Assembly (NCBI GenBank): GCA_033442325.1
Contig: JAWQFM010000026.1
Coordinates: forward strand, 675,138-739,137
Source of the DNA: Salpingoeca rosetta
Taxonomy: Eukaryota; Protista; Choanoflagellata
DNA: 64,000 nt
Reading direction: 5' to 3'
Shown here: positions 28,816 through 40,191 of the stretch, piece after piece
Layout of the letters: each line of letters opens with the position of its first letter
Numbering within the stretch: position 1 is the stretch's first letter
The notes under the pieces: generated by a model
Databases searched by the model: none
Seen by the model: the letters and a program-made list of their open reading frames with translations, nothing else
Told to the model about the DNA's origin: nothing
Position numbers and translations under genes: made by a program

Positions 28816-29228
28816 TTAAAGGTACTGCGAGAGCCAGCGGAAGGCGTCGCCATAGCCCTGCTTCTTGATGACAGTGCACATGAACAGCTCGAGCGGGCGA
28901 CTGGCCAGGCTGGACTTGGGCACCGTGCCCTTGCCCGTCGTCTGGCCAATGAGACCAAGCGCAGCCCGCAACTCCTCCTCGCCGGCGGCGCCGGGGATGT
29001 CAATCTTGTTGCCGAGCACAACAATTGGGATGTTCGAGATGGCCTCGTCCCCCAGCAGCGCCTGCACAAATATATTTGGGAAGGGGGTGTGAGTGAGTGA
29101 GTGAGTGAGTGAGTGAGTGAGTGAGTGAGTGAGTGAGTGAGTGAGTGAGTGAGTGAGTGAGTGAGTGAGTGAGTGAGTGAGTGAGTGAGTGAGTGAGTGA
29201 GTGAGTGAGTGAGTGTGTGTGTGAGTGA

Positions 29229-29263
<35 letters not shown>

Positions 29264-30176
29264 TGAGTGAGCGAGAGTGTGTGTGTGTTCTTGCGCAGAG
29301 CAAACGCGTTTTCCGTGTGTGCATTGTGACATGCGGCAGCGTACGCACGTCGAGTTCTGCCTTTGATTCCTTGAAGCGGTCGCGGTCCGACGCATCCACC
29401 ATAAACACAATCGCATTCACAGCAGGAAAGTACGTCTTCCACACGCGGCGCGCTGGTTGTATGTAATATGGCGTGTTGTGTATTGTGTGTGTGTGTTGGA
29501 AGGTGAGCTTGTGTGATGGCGCAGAAGAGCACTTGAACTTGAAGGATGGAGGTGAGGCCTTGAGTGCAAGCACGCACGCACGGACGGACGCACGCACGCA
29601 CACACGGGCGGCGTACAACAACAGCAGGAGCATTTGGTGTGAAGGCAGTGCTGTTGGGTGTGCCCACCTTGCTTGTGACCACCAAGATCGTGTGTTGTGA
29701 ATGTGATGCCTGCAATGGAGAGCTCCTCCGCAGCTGTGCGCAACAAGCAATGGTCACGCAAACACAACAAAAGTGGTGATGGTGGGGTGCATGAGAAGGG
29801 GGATACCTGGAAGACAGAGCGGTGATGCACGTACATGGGATTCGTACACACACACACACACACACACACAAGAATAGACGCGCACATGCACACATGCACA
29901 ACCACGCACATGCACACATGCACACATGCACAGCTGCGCACACACAAGCGCAGTCACGTACGCTCACGCACGCAAACACACAAACACACACGCACACACG
30001 CAGATGCACTTACTTGGATAGAGGGTGGGCGGTGCTGCTTGCACGCGACCGTCCCTGAGCATGTTGAGGAGGGTGGTTTTGCCTGCGGCGTCAAGGCCAA
30101 GGAACACGAGCTTGCCGCTCTTGTTGGCCAGGCCAAGCGAGGACAGCAGCCCCCAGAACCAGTCCACCAAAAACAT
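28816..30176 (-). CDS. SAR1: Small GTPase Sar1 (COPII); coding exons 30176-30014, 29733-29668, 29452-29349, 29061-28816
   Basis: [65 protein letters not shown] and [27 protein letters not shown]. Confidence 0.96.
29089..29215. repeat. (GTGA)n/(TCAC)n tetranucleotide microsatellite in the last SAR1 intron
   Basis: Seen directly. Confidence 0.9.
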
Positions 30177-31477
30177 GACGCTGTCGTGGTAGTTGTCCAA
30201 GCCAGCAGCGAGCGCGGGCGCAGCAGAGTCCGCAGATGAGCCAAACATGCGAATCAAGTCCATCACGAAACGTCAGGTGAGCGTGTGGAGGAGGGACGTG
30301 AAATGAGAGAGGAAGACGTGGGAGATGAAGACGTGGGATATGCGACACAGTGTTGATGTGGAGGGAGGGTTTTGAGAGAATCATCGAAGAAGCAAACATG
30401 GATGCAGATACACACTCAAGGTATACACACACACACAACACACACACACACAGATGCACGTACCGCTGTTTCCGCTGTGTCTGAAATATGGGGAGGGAAA
30501 GCTGTGCGTGTGTGCGTGTGTGTGTGGCACAGAGGAGAAGCGAGTCGTGAGTTGGCACACACAGCGAGAACAAACTCGACAACCACGCTGATAGATAGAA
30601 GAAGAAGAAGCGAAGGGAAAGAAGGCGGTGTCACGACAACGCGAAATGTCCACGCGTGCACAACGACAAAGAGAGAGAGAGAGGGAAGCGACACAACCCG
30701 TGCTTCTGTGTCTCCGCGCAATGATGGGGGGTGGCAAACAATGCAACAAAGCACGCACACACGAAGCAACAGCAGAGGAAAGCGAAGGAAACCCAGACAC
30801 ACACATACACGACACACATGTGGTGTTCCCGCTGTCCGTGTTCGATGCACACTCAGGCACAGAGCAACGTCACAGCAAGCAAGCAAGCAAGCAAGACAAA
30901 CACTCACATCACACACAATGACAAGGCACGCACCCCAAAGTCGTCGTCAGCCAACGAATGAGGACGTGGACTCGAAACACGAAAAGCGAAGGAAATGAAG
31001 GGAGGTCGAGCAACCAAATGGGATATAAATAGGACATACCATGGGCACGCACAGCATACAAATAGTACATCATAAAAGACTTGAATCAGTCTCACATCTC
31101 ACACGCGCCAAATCAGCACCAGTGCAGATATCAAAAGGAGCAGCACAGCGACACCGCGACGCGAACTTCGAAGGCGCAAAGACACTCAGGACACTGCCTC
31201 TGCGCTCGCACTCCTGCACAAGCACTCACCACGACCACCAAGCAAGCAAGCGCAAGCAAGCGCAAGAGAAGCGACGGCACCCGACACGACAGGCACGGTG
31301 GCCAGTTAGTGAAGTCAAGTACTTTCTTACTTTCAAATCAGCAGTTCCATTCGCCTATTCGCCTTCATAGACCAGCTCCTCAGCTCACCGAAGGCTCGAA
31401 GCCGACCACCACAGCACCAGACCACCCCACTCTACTCCAGCCTACTACGAGTACTACGACCATAACAGCCAGCCAAC

Positions 31478-32010
31478 ATGAACCCTGAGTACGACTACTT
31501 GTTCAAACTCTTGCTTGTTGGCAAGAGCGGGGCTGGGAAGTCGTGCTTACTGCTTCGCTTCGCAGAGGATACGTTTACTCAGTGCCACTTCACATCGTCC
31601 GGAGGTGGGGTCGACTTTAAGAACCACACAGTGGAATTGGATGGCAAAGTCATCAAGCTCCAGATATGGGACATGGATGGTGATGAATCCCGGTTTCGGA
31701 CTATCACATCATCGTACTATCGAAGCGCGCACGGGATCATTGTCTGCTATGACGTCACCGACAAGGATTCTTTCGACAATGTCAACTACTGGCTCCAAGA
31801 AATTGACCGCTACGCTCACGAGAACGTCAACAGGCTTCTCCTCGGCAACAAAATCGATCTGGAAGCAAAGAAGCAAGTGGACCATGCCACTGCCAAGGAG
31901 TTCGCAGACAATGTTGGCATGCCTTTTCTTGAGGTTAGTGCAAAAAACAACATTAACGTGGAGGAGGCCTTCATGACGGTCGCTGCAGACATCAAGGCCC
32001 GCATGGGACC
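31478..32010 (+). other. Rab1/Ypt1-like domain of the fusion protein
   Basis: Rab1-diagnostic N-terminus [13 protein letters not shown], plus [36 protein letters not shown] and IKARMGP. Confidence 0.93.
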
Positions 32011-34228
32011 GACGATTATGAAGAAGAAGGACCCACTCGTCCTCGAGTTCAAAGCCAAACCGTCCGTCAAGGCCCGACGACGCGTGCGCCGGGGCGTCGC
32101 TGATACCATGTGCGACTGGATTGAGAAGAAGCAAGGCAACTTTCCACACATGTGGCAGCGCCGCTGGCTCGTCCTGAGCGACACACAACTCACATACACC
32201 AAGACGGAATGGCAAGGCGAGAAGCCACGCGGCACCATCCCCCTCACCGACATCTTTGAGGTGGAGGTCCCCGACCTCACCAAGCCCCTCTTCAACCTGC
32301 ACACGCCCAGCCGCACCTACTTCATGAGCGCAAGCTCGATGGATGCCCGCGACAAATGGTTCTCCAAGATTAACCATGCCATGAAAGCGGTTTCGTTTGA
32401 GGAAGTCTCGCTTACGCACGAGTTCCTGGACAAGCCGCGTGGACAACACGGCCGCGTGCAGGTGGCAAAGGTGTCGTGTGAGCATATCACCGCATCCGTG
32501 GCCGCCTTCAAGTGTCTGCACTTGCGCAACATTGTCCTTGACGTGGGCATGGTGGATGCCTTCACTGCGGAAATCAACCTTCTGCGCCAGGTCAGGATCA
32601 ACCACGAAAACGTTGTGGCGTTCCTGGGCCACGGCCAGATGCCCATCACCGCGCTTGAGGAGCACGAGAGCACAGACACCATTCGTGACCTGAAGCAGGA
32701 GCTGCCGCTTGTGCCTTTCTACCTGATGGAGGCGATGGACATGTCGCTGCACAGCTTCCTGTTTGACCCCTGCTGCCCGCTCACCGCCGCGCAGGCCCTG
32801 CACTGCATGCGAGCAGCCATCAGCGCCGTGCACTACCTGCACTCCCGCACGCCCTCCATCATCCACGCCGACATCAACACGCCAAACTTTCTCGTCAACG
32901 CAAACTTTCACGTCAAGCTGGCAGACTTTGGCTGCGCGCGCGCCGAGGAGAGGGCAGACACCAAGTTCACGGACGTCGTGTCCACCCCTGGCTACGCCGC
33001 CCCGGAGGTGTTCAGCACGGAAGGGTGGACGAAGGCCATTGACGTGTTCAGCCTGGGCGTGGTGCTGTTTGAGCTGTTGCACCAGCGAAAGGCGTACCAC
33101 TACGATGGGTCTGGCTGTACGACGCTGGAAGAGTACAAGCGGCGCGTGAGCGCGTTTGAGCTGCCGCAGGTGGAGGAGCCAACCACGGACCTGGCCAGGC
33201 GGGACGCAGCAAACGAGGACCTGCTGCAGACCGCAATCCACTCATGTCTTGGCAAGGCCGGCACCCGCCCGTCGCCAGTCCACCTGCTTGACCCCTTGAA
33301 GAAGTCCCGTGAGCTGTATGACGCGCGCCCGGTTGCCACGCCCGCGTGGCTGGGCGCCAAGATCACACAGGTGCAGTCCCATACGGAAGACACGCCTGTG
33401 CCGTCGCTGAGCACGGTGGACCGGGCATGGCTGCCCAAGCCGCGAGGAAGCAGCGAGGAGGGGGAGGAGGAAGGAGATAAAAGTGGCAACAGCGATCACC
33501 TTGCAGATGGTGGCAGTGACGGCAACGCGCGCACGCAGGCCGCTCACGAGGAAGCACAGGCAGAGGGAAGCAGCAGCGGCGGCAGCAGTGGAGAGGAAGG
33601 GAAGCAAGACAAACAAGAGAAGGAGAAGGAGAAGGATGAGAATGGGGAGGAGTGGCCCGAGTACGAGTATGACGTGTTTATCAGTTATCGCAAAGAGTGC
33701 GACCGTGTGGCTGCCGAGGGCGTTGCAGACCAGCTGCAGCACGCGCAGCTCCGGGTGTTCCTGGATGCAGACTCCATCTTGCCGTCACACGACTGGCAGC
33801 AGACGTTCCAAGATGCCCTGCGCCGCTCGCGCCTCTTCCTCCCGCTCATGTCCCACCGCTCGCTCTGTGAGACGGGCCCGTGCAATGGCTTGCACAACGT
33901 GACGCCGACCTCGCCCGTCGACAACGTGCTGCTGGAGTATGAGATGGCCGTGATGCTTGCAAGCAAAGGGCGCATGTCCATCTTTCCTGTTGGCCTGGCA
34001 GAGGGTGTTGATGTGCCTGGCCGCGGACGGGCCATCTTGCCGTTTGGCGATTTTGACTTCCCCTCGCGCTGCCCGGAAACAGGGACACCCACGGCGCCGG
34101 ACGGCAGTGTCAGGGCGACGATGGAGGCGGTGTTTTCGCGCCAATTCCACCGCTTGGACCCAGAGGACCGCGCAGCCAAGCACGTGCTCGCCCGCGATGT
34201 CGCCGCAGCCGTCAGGCGCCTGCAATAG
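31478..34228 (+). CDS. Intronless 916-aa fusion protein: Rab1-like GTPase, PH domain, TKL-type kinase, acidic linker, TIR domain
   Basis: Single uninterrupted [34 protein letters not shown] (Rab1); [21 protein letters not shown] (PH); [39 protein letters not shown] (kinase); [21 protein letters not shown] (TIR). Confidence 0.92.
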   Translation: MNPEYDYLFKLLLVGKSGAGKSCLLLRFAEDTFTQCHFTSSGGGVDFKNHTVELDGKVIKLQIWDMDGDESRFRTITSSYYRSAHGIIVCYDVTDKDSFDNVNYWLQEIDRYAHENVNRLLLGNKIDLEAKKQVDHATAKEFADNVGMPFLEVSAKNNINVEEAFMTVAADIKARMGPTIMKKKDPLVLEFKAKPSVKARRRVRRGVADTMCDWIEKKQGNFPHMWQRRWLVLSDTQLTYTKTEWQGEKPRGTIPLTDIFEVEVPDLTKPLFNLHTPSRTYFMSASSMDARDKWFSKINHAMKAVSFEEVSLTHEFLDKPRGQHGRVQVAKVSCEHITASVAAFKCLHLRNIVLDVGMVDAFTAEINLLRQVRINHENVVAFLGHGQMPITALEEHESTDTIRDLKQELPLVPFYLMEAMDMSLHSFLFDPCCPLTAAQALHCMRAAISAVHYLHSRTPSIIHADINTPNFLVNANFHVKLADFGCARAEERADTKFTDVVSTPGYAAPEVFSTEGWTKAIDVFSLGVVLFELLHQRKAYHYDGSGCTTLEEYKRRVSAFELPQVEEPTTDLARRDAANEDLLQTAIHSCLGKAGTRPSPVHLLDPLKKSRELYDARPVATPAWLGAKITQVQSHTEDTPVPSLSTVDRAWLPKPRGSSEEGEEEGDKSGNSDHLADGGSDGNARTQAAHEEAQAEGSSSGGSSGEEGKQDKQEKEKEKDENGEEWPEYEYDVFISYRKECDRVAAEGVADQLQHAQLRVFLDADSILPSHDWQQTFQDALRRSRLFLPLMSHRSLCETGPCNGLHNVTPTSPVDNVLLEYEMAVMLASKGRMSIFPVGLAEGVDVPGRGRAILPFGDFDFPSRCPETGTPTAPDGSVRATMEAVFSRQFHRLDPEDRAAKHVLARDVAAAVRRLQ
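32105..32390 (+). other. PH domain of the fusion protein
   Basis: Basic beta1-beta2 segment KKQG..WQRRW, PRGTIPL, RTYFMSA and a C-terminal helix Trp (DKWFSKI). Confidence 0.85.
32390..33310 (+). other. Protein kinase domain (TKL-like, non-RD) of the fusion protein
   Basis: AAFK, alpha[32 protein letters not shown] and RPS. Confidence 0.88.
33661..34225 (+). other. TIR domain (TIR_2/SARM1/bacterial-like) of the fusion protein
   Basis: Box1 [15 protein letters not shown]...[24 protein letters not shown] and IFPV. Confidence 0.88.
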
Positions 34229-34858
34229 TGTCTTTTGGGGCGCCTTGTTTGTGTGTGTGTGTGTGTGTGTGTGGATGTGTGATTGGTTGTGTTCGTGTTT
34301 GTTTATTTGGTTGATTGCTTGCTTGCTTGCATCATGGTTGTTTGCAAACATTACTTTGTGACATGACCACTTTTACATTTTCTTTTCTTCTTTACCTTTG
34401 TGTACAACGTAGTATTCGACTTAGTGATACACCATAAGACCATGGGCCATGCAGGTTTTATCGTCAGCGCTGAATGACACTTTGAAGCGTCACAAGTACC
34501 ATGGGGCTGCGAGCCCATAATTGCCATGTGCACAACAGTCATGTTCACCTATTCTCTGCTATTGCTTCGTCATAAGCAAGTACAACCTCTGCTTCCTCAC
34601 AGCAGCAATGTAGGATCACTGGCTGGCTTGAATTCGTTTATGGTACATACACCATGCTTCGGAACAAACAGACAAGCAGCACAGCATGTGAACCACCCAA
34701 CATAGTTTCTTTTCTCAGTACAAATTGGGAAGGGCACAAAGTGCGAGCTCACAGACAAACAGACAATTCAACTTCTCGACCATTTCCACCCTCTCTCGTC
34801 CCTCCCCGCACATTGGTGCAGTCGTGTGTTGCGCTGCTGCTGATGTCACCACCATCTA

Positions 34859-35064
34859 TCAACGCCTGCGCTCTTGCTTCTGTGTCTTTTTCCTCCTCTC
34901 CTCCTTTGCCTTTTCTTTTCGCTGCTTATCTGCCGCCAAAGCAGCCTTGTTGCGCGCAGTCTGGGATGGATGGATGGGTGTACGCACGGGTGTGCGTGTA
35001 TGAGGTTGTGAGTTCAAAAAAGGATTGGAAGGGGCACATCAGGTGCCAACAACTCCTGTGTGCA

Positions 35065-35108
<44 letters not shown>

Positions 35109-35168
35109 CAGACACACACACATGCAGACACACGCACACACAAAACAGACACACACACACACATGCAG

Positions 35169-35200
<32 letters not shown>

Positions 35201-36039
35201 CAGACACACACATGCAGACACACACAAACAAACAAACACAGACACAGACACAGACACACACACACACGCACACACATGCAGACACACAAACAAAACTCAC
35301 GCGGGCCTTTGATTCTGCCTGGTGCGCTTCTCGCTTCTGCTGCTCCACTGCCGCCACCGCACTGCGGTTTGTGTTGACAAAGTTGACTGCAACGCACACG
35401 GGAAAATGCAATGCATTCGCCTCACGCGTGAGGACTAGGGCACCGCAAGTACAGACAACGGGGATCAATGCCACGCACCACATCCTTTCACACACATGCA
35501 GACCTGCGAGGTCGTTGGCGTTGGCCTGCTTTCGCTGCTTGCGGATCTTCTTTTCGCTGACGGGTCTCGTTCGCGGGTGTCCTTCGCTCTTGTTGTCACC
35601 ATCTTCCCCCTCCTCATCCTCGTCATCATCTTCGCCCAGGTCCCCTGCGATACAAACACGTGTGAACAAAATCACCATGTTCAACGAGCGCAAGCAGGAC
35701 GATTTCCACACAAGAGAAGAGAAGAGAAGACAAGACAAGACAAAGTAACACAGCACAGCGCAGCACAGTACAGCACAGCGCAGCACACACAACCCAAGCA
35801 TCGACCGGCTCCTCACCGCATGCCTTGAGTACCGCCTTGCGAACATCGTCCGAGACGACTGCGCGTGCTTCTGCTTCCCTGACGCGCTTCTCTTCTTCCT
35901 TCAACTTGGCGGAGTGCTGCGCGGCAATCTCTGTGTGGCGCGTTGCGTGCAGGTGTGAACACGTGAACAGGCAGGTGGCTATGCAGCGCGTGAACAAGCA
36001 CGTGGTCATTCAGCACGTAAACAGGCAGGTCACACAGAA

Positions 36040-36072
<33 letters not shown>

Positions 36073-36384
36073 AAGCTTGGCAATGCACTTGCCTGCCAGG
36101 GTTGGTTTGGCTGGCTCTTTGTCTGCCAGTGTTGCGGGCACAGTGGAAGCCTGTTGCTTGGCATCCTTCCACATTTGCACAATGGCCTGAGTCACGCTGT
36201 CCACCAGCGCTTCATCCTCGGCTGCGTCCTCCAGGAACTCCTTTAGGCCCTCCACTGCTTCCTGCTCCTCACTCTCGTCTTGCTCTTCGTCCACTTCCAG
36301 CATGGACACGACGTACGATGCCGTCGTCTCATCGTCCAGCCCCAGCCGCTCCAGCTCAGCCAGCACCTTTGCCTCGTCCATCAT
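34859..36384 (-). CDS. CCDC43: CCDC43-like coiled-coil protein, multi-exon
   Basis: N-terminus [20 protein letters not shown]; FVNTNRSAV; basic C-terminus [18 protein letters not shown] in the last exon (34859-34960). Confidence 0.75.
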
Positions 36385-36742
36385 GCACTTTCCTTCTTTC
36401 TCCTCTCTTCTTTTTGCTCTGTCAGAATTGCCTTGGCTTTAAAGGCAATTTTGCCTTTGGCCGTGCGCTTTTGTGTGTTCCGTGTGCGAGGCAAACGAAG
36501 TGAGAGGCAAACAGCAACAGCAACGACGAAGCAGCTGAACGGAGCAAACCCAAGCACTTGGCGCAGCAGGATCGCCGTGCCAGTCGAGTCCGTCAACAAA
36601 GGGGGGTGATCTGTGCTGTGCTGCGCTCTGTCAGGCCACAGCAGACCAAGTGTCGAGCAGGAGATACGTTTTGCCGTTTGGTTCCTCGCCACATCCACGC
36701 GGGTGACAGCCAACCGTTGTGTGTGCAACAGCACCCTGCACC

Positions 36743-38209
36743 ATGTCGTCCTCATCGTCAACAACATCGCCCAAGTTCAAGCCAGAGGCGCTCAAAGTAC
36801 GTGCGTGGTGTGTGTGTGTGTATGTGTGTGCGTGGTGTGTGTGTGTGTATGTGTGTGCGTGTTGTGTGTGTGTGTGCGTGTGTGTGTGTGTGTTCTAGCA
36901 CCAGTTACTCATGCGCTTTTCCTCCATGCTTATCAAACAGTTCAAGGAGCGGGGCAATGAGTTCTACAAGAAGCGCAACTTCAAGAATGCCATCCTCTAC
37001 TATTCCATGGTTCGCCATTGAGTGGTTGTGTGTGTGTGCGTGGGGGGGGGGGGTGGGGGCGGGAATGCAAACAGGCTTGCTTGAGCAAGTGTGCGTGCGT
37101 GTGCGTGTGTGTGCGTGTGTGCGTGTACCAGGTGAATAACAACAGCAAGACCAAAGTGCCTTGTCGAGCTCACACATGCGTCTGCATCACATGCTCTATC
37201 ACCCGTTAGGCCATCCGCCTGGACCACACAAACCCATCATTCTTCGCCAACCGTGCCGCAGCCTTTTATGAGACAGGTCAATATGCAGGTGCAGCCGCAG
37301 ACTGCAAGACGGCTCTCGACATGATGCAGCCAGGCGACAAGCTCACTGCAAAGGTGTGTTGTCTGTGTGTGTTGTCTGTGTTGTCTGTGTGTTGTGCGCG
37401 CGCGTGTTGTGTGGGTGTGTATGTCTGTGTGTTGTGTGGGGTGTCCGCGGGTCTAGGCATAACACAAGTCAAACATCAGGGTCATGCAAAGAACGTTGCG
37501 TCATCTACATACGTTGGTCTACCACCATTCATCTGCTTTTGCTGTTGTTGGTGTTTGCAACGTGAACGCACTTTGATAGGTCACCCACCGCATGGCAAAG
37601 TGCCTGTATTTTACCGATCAACTGGCAGAGTGCCGCTGTAAGTGCACACTGCCCTGATACTCAATGCTAAACTTGCATATTGCCACTGAACCCCAAGTTT
37701 TCTTCATCGACAAGCCTCGTCTTCCATGTGTCACGTGCCTCATGATCACCGCCACCATCACCATCGTCAGCGCTCTTGCGGGACACGGAGGGCCAGACGG
37801 CGGAGACGCAGCGGTTCATGGCTGCTGCTGATCACTATCTGCGCATGCGGGTGCGTGGCCTGCATGGGGAGCATGTGGGCAAATGTGTGGGCGTGTATTT
37901 GGTTGCGCATGTTCCTGCATGCGTGTGCGCTGGAAGGGGGGGGGGTTGCCTCGTTTGCCTCGTGTTTATGTGCGTGTCTTGGTAGCATTCGCATTTGTTC
38001 ATAGTGTTGCTGTTGTCACATGTACACGTGTGTACATCTGTGCATGTGTACACATGTGTGTGTGATCCTGCGACTGTCTGGTTCAGTCTGTGCGTTCGGC
38101 GCGCGATCCAATCCCAGAGCACGACAAGGTCGTCGCCGTCGCTCCAGCAAAGGTTCGCGTCCGTGCTGCTTGAAGAGAAGCACCATTCATGCTGTTGTTG
38201 GACCCATGT

Positions 38210-38278
<69 letters not shown>

Positions 38279-39292
38279 ACACACCTGTATGTACCGCCGC
38301 TCACATGTCACCGCCACCACCACCATCGCCACCACCACCACGATGATGGCCACGGTTTACTTCGGCCCTCAGGTGCAGCGGACTTTGCGGCGGCGGCGGG
38401 CGACAATCCAGCCGTACGAGCCGTATCAGATCTTCACCGACGACACCCCAATGTCCGTCCTCGAACCAATGCCAGGTACAACTGCACCGCGGTGGCGATG
38501 GTGGCGATGGTGACGGCGATCGTGGTGGTGTCTGTGGCAGCTGGGGTGGTTGTTGAGGGACTTGCATTGCGGGAAGTGAGAATCTATCGAACGCTTGTGC
38601 ACGTGCTTGTCGACCGTCGACAACGCTGACATTGTGTTTCATGGTGCAATTGGACTGCGGTGTACAGACAAAGTGACTGACAAGGCGTCCGATGCGGAGT
38701 ACATCAAGCAGCGTGCAGATAACAAGGTGCCACTGACTCACATACACCTGCACGCAAAGACATGCACATGAGTGCACGCAACGCTCATGACCGCACACGA
38801 ATGCGCGCATACACACATCACGATACCCCTCACACCACCCCTCTCTACACCTGCCCTCTCACACCACCACCGCCACCACCACCACCACCACCACCACCAC
38901 GACTCATGACCACAATTCCGTCATCGCGCCAGGATCCCATCCGGGTTGTGCTGGCCGGCGCCGGGGACCCGCGGCACATCTTCGCCACGCTGTCGCACTT
39001 TGACATGCTGCTGTCCAAGGTGTGCGACATGCAAGTGGCGGGCGACACGGCCTTGGAGCTGATTGTCTGCGACCAGAACCCGGCAGTCATCGCCCGCACC
39101 ATGCTCATCTTCGACAGCATCCTCGCATTCTGCAAGCGCCTCGTCATGAAGAGTGAGTGCATGTTGCGCGCATCTATTATATTGATGGTGGTGGTGATGG
39201 CGGTGGCGGCGGCGGCGCAATGGGTGTTGTGCACGGGAGGAAAGTCACCGGTGCAGATGGTTTTGCGTTGTCTTGAAACACACGCATTGGCC

Positions 39293-39351
<59 letters not shown>

Positions 39352-40131
39352 TGCATGCGTGCGTCGGCTTTGCTCTTGTTTCCCTTTTCTCTTGTCCTCA
39401 CACATACACCCCATGCCCTCACGATCCCCTGTGCTGCAGACGAGCTGTCCCTGGCGCGGAACGAGACGACGGCGTGCATGTCGAGCGAGACGCTTGTGGA
39501 GGCCACCTATCTGTCCCACCTCTTTTTTGGGTACAAGCTGCCCAAGAAGTTTGCCTGCAGCTTGAGCGAGAGCCTGAAGACTGCCGTGTCGCGCAACCGC
39601 ACGCGCACCGACCTCCTCTCATGGGTCGACATTCAACCAAAGTGCTGGAAGAAGGTCCAGGTGTGTATTCGCATGCGTTACGCACGTGCGCGTGCATTAC
39701 GTGTATGTGCCTTGCGTGGTTGTTCATATGTGCATGCCCCTGTCTTCCATTCTCGCTCGAGCACCCGCACGTTCTCACCTTCCTTCTGCCACCACCACGA
39801 CTAGCGTGTGATGAACACGTGGGCACTGCGGGACCGGTTCCCCGAGGAGGTGCTGGACCGGCAGATTGGCGACGTCCTCGACCGCCGCAAGCTCGGCCAC
39901 CCGCTCAAGAACCAGGAGATGCACATGCGCAAACGCAAAGGTGTGTGACGTTGTCGTGTGACGATGGTCGTGTGAACGAGCGATGTTTGGGGGGGGGGGA
40001 GGTTTGCTTCCGTACGGGCGGGTTGAACAGCTTGTTGCCAACAATCTTACGTGGCCATTCGTTAACCGTACTTGTTTACAAACTCGACCCGCGCGCCCAC
40101 ACACACACATTCATACACACACACTCTCTCT

Positions 40132-40191
<60 letters not shown>

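Noticed and set aside
30177-30266. Apparent 30-aa N-terminal extension of Sar1 ([10 protein letters not shown]...)
   Set aside because: An acceptor (gacag|cgtcATG) lies just before the canonical MFLVDWF start, so the extension is most likely intronic
31709-33241. 510-aa antisense ORF over the fusion gene; similarly 173-1729, 14225-15298 and 42017-44068
   Set aside because: Shadow ORFs expected opposite GC3-rich coding sequence, with no recognisable motifs
31478-34228. Classification as a Roco/LRRK protein
   Set aside because: No COR domain or LRRs; the GTPase carries Rab1-specific motifs and is followed directly by a PH domain
31000-34700. Transposon boundaries (terminal repeats, target-site duplications, poly-A) around the fusion gene
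   Set aside because: No convincing terminal repeats, target-site duplication or transposase found by eye
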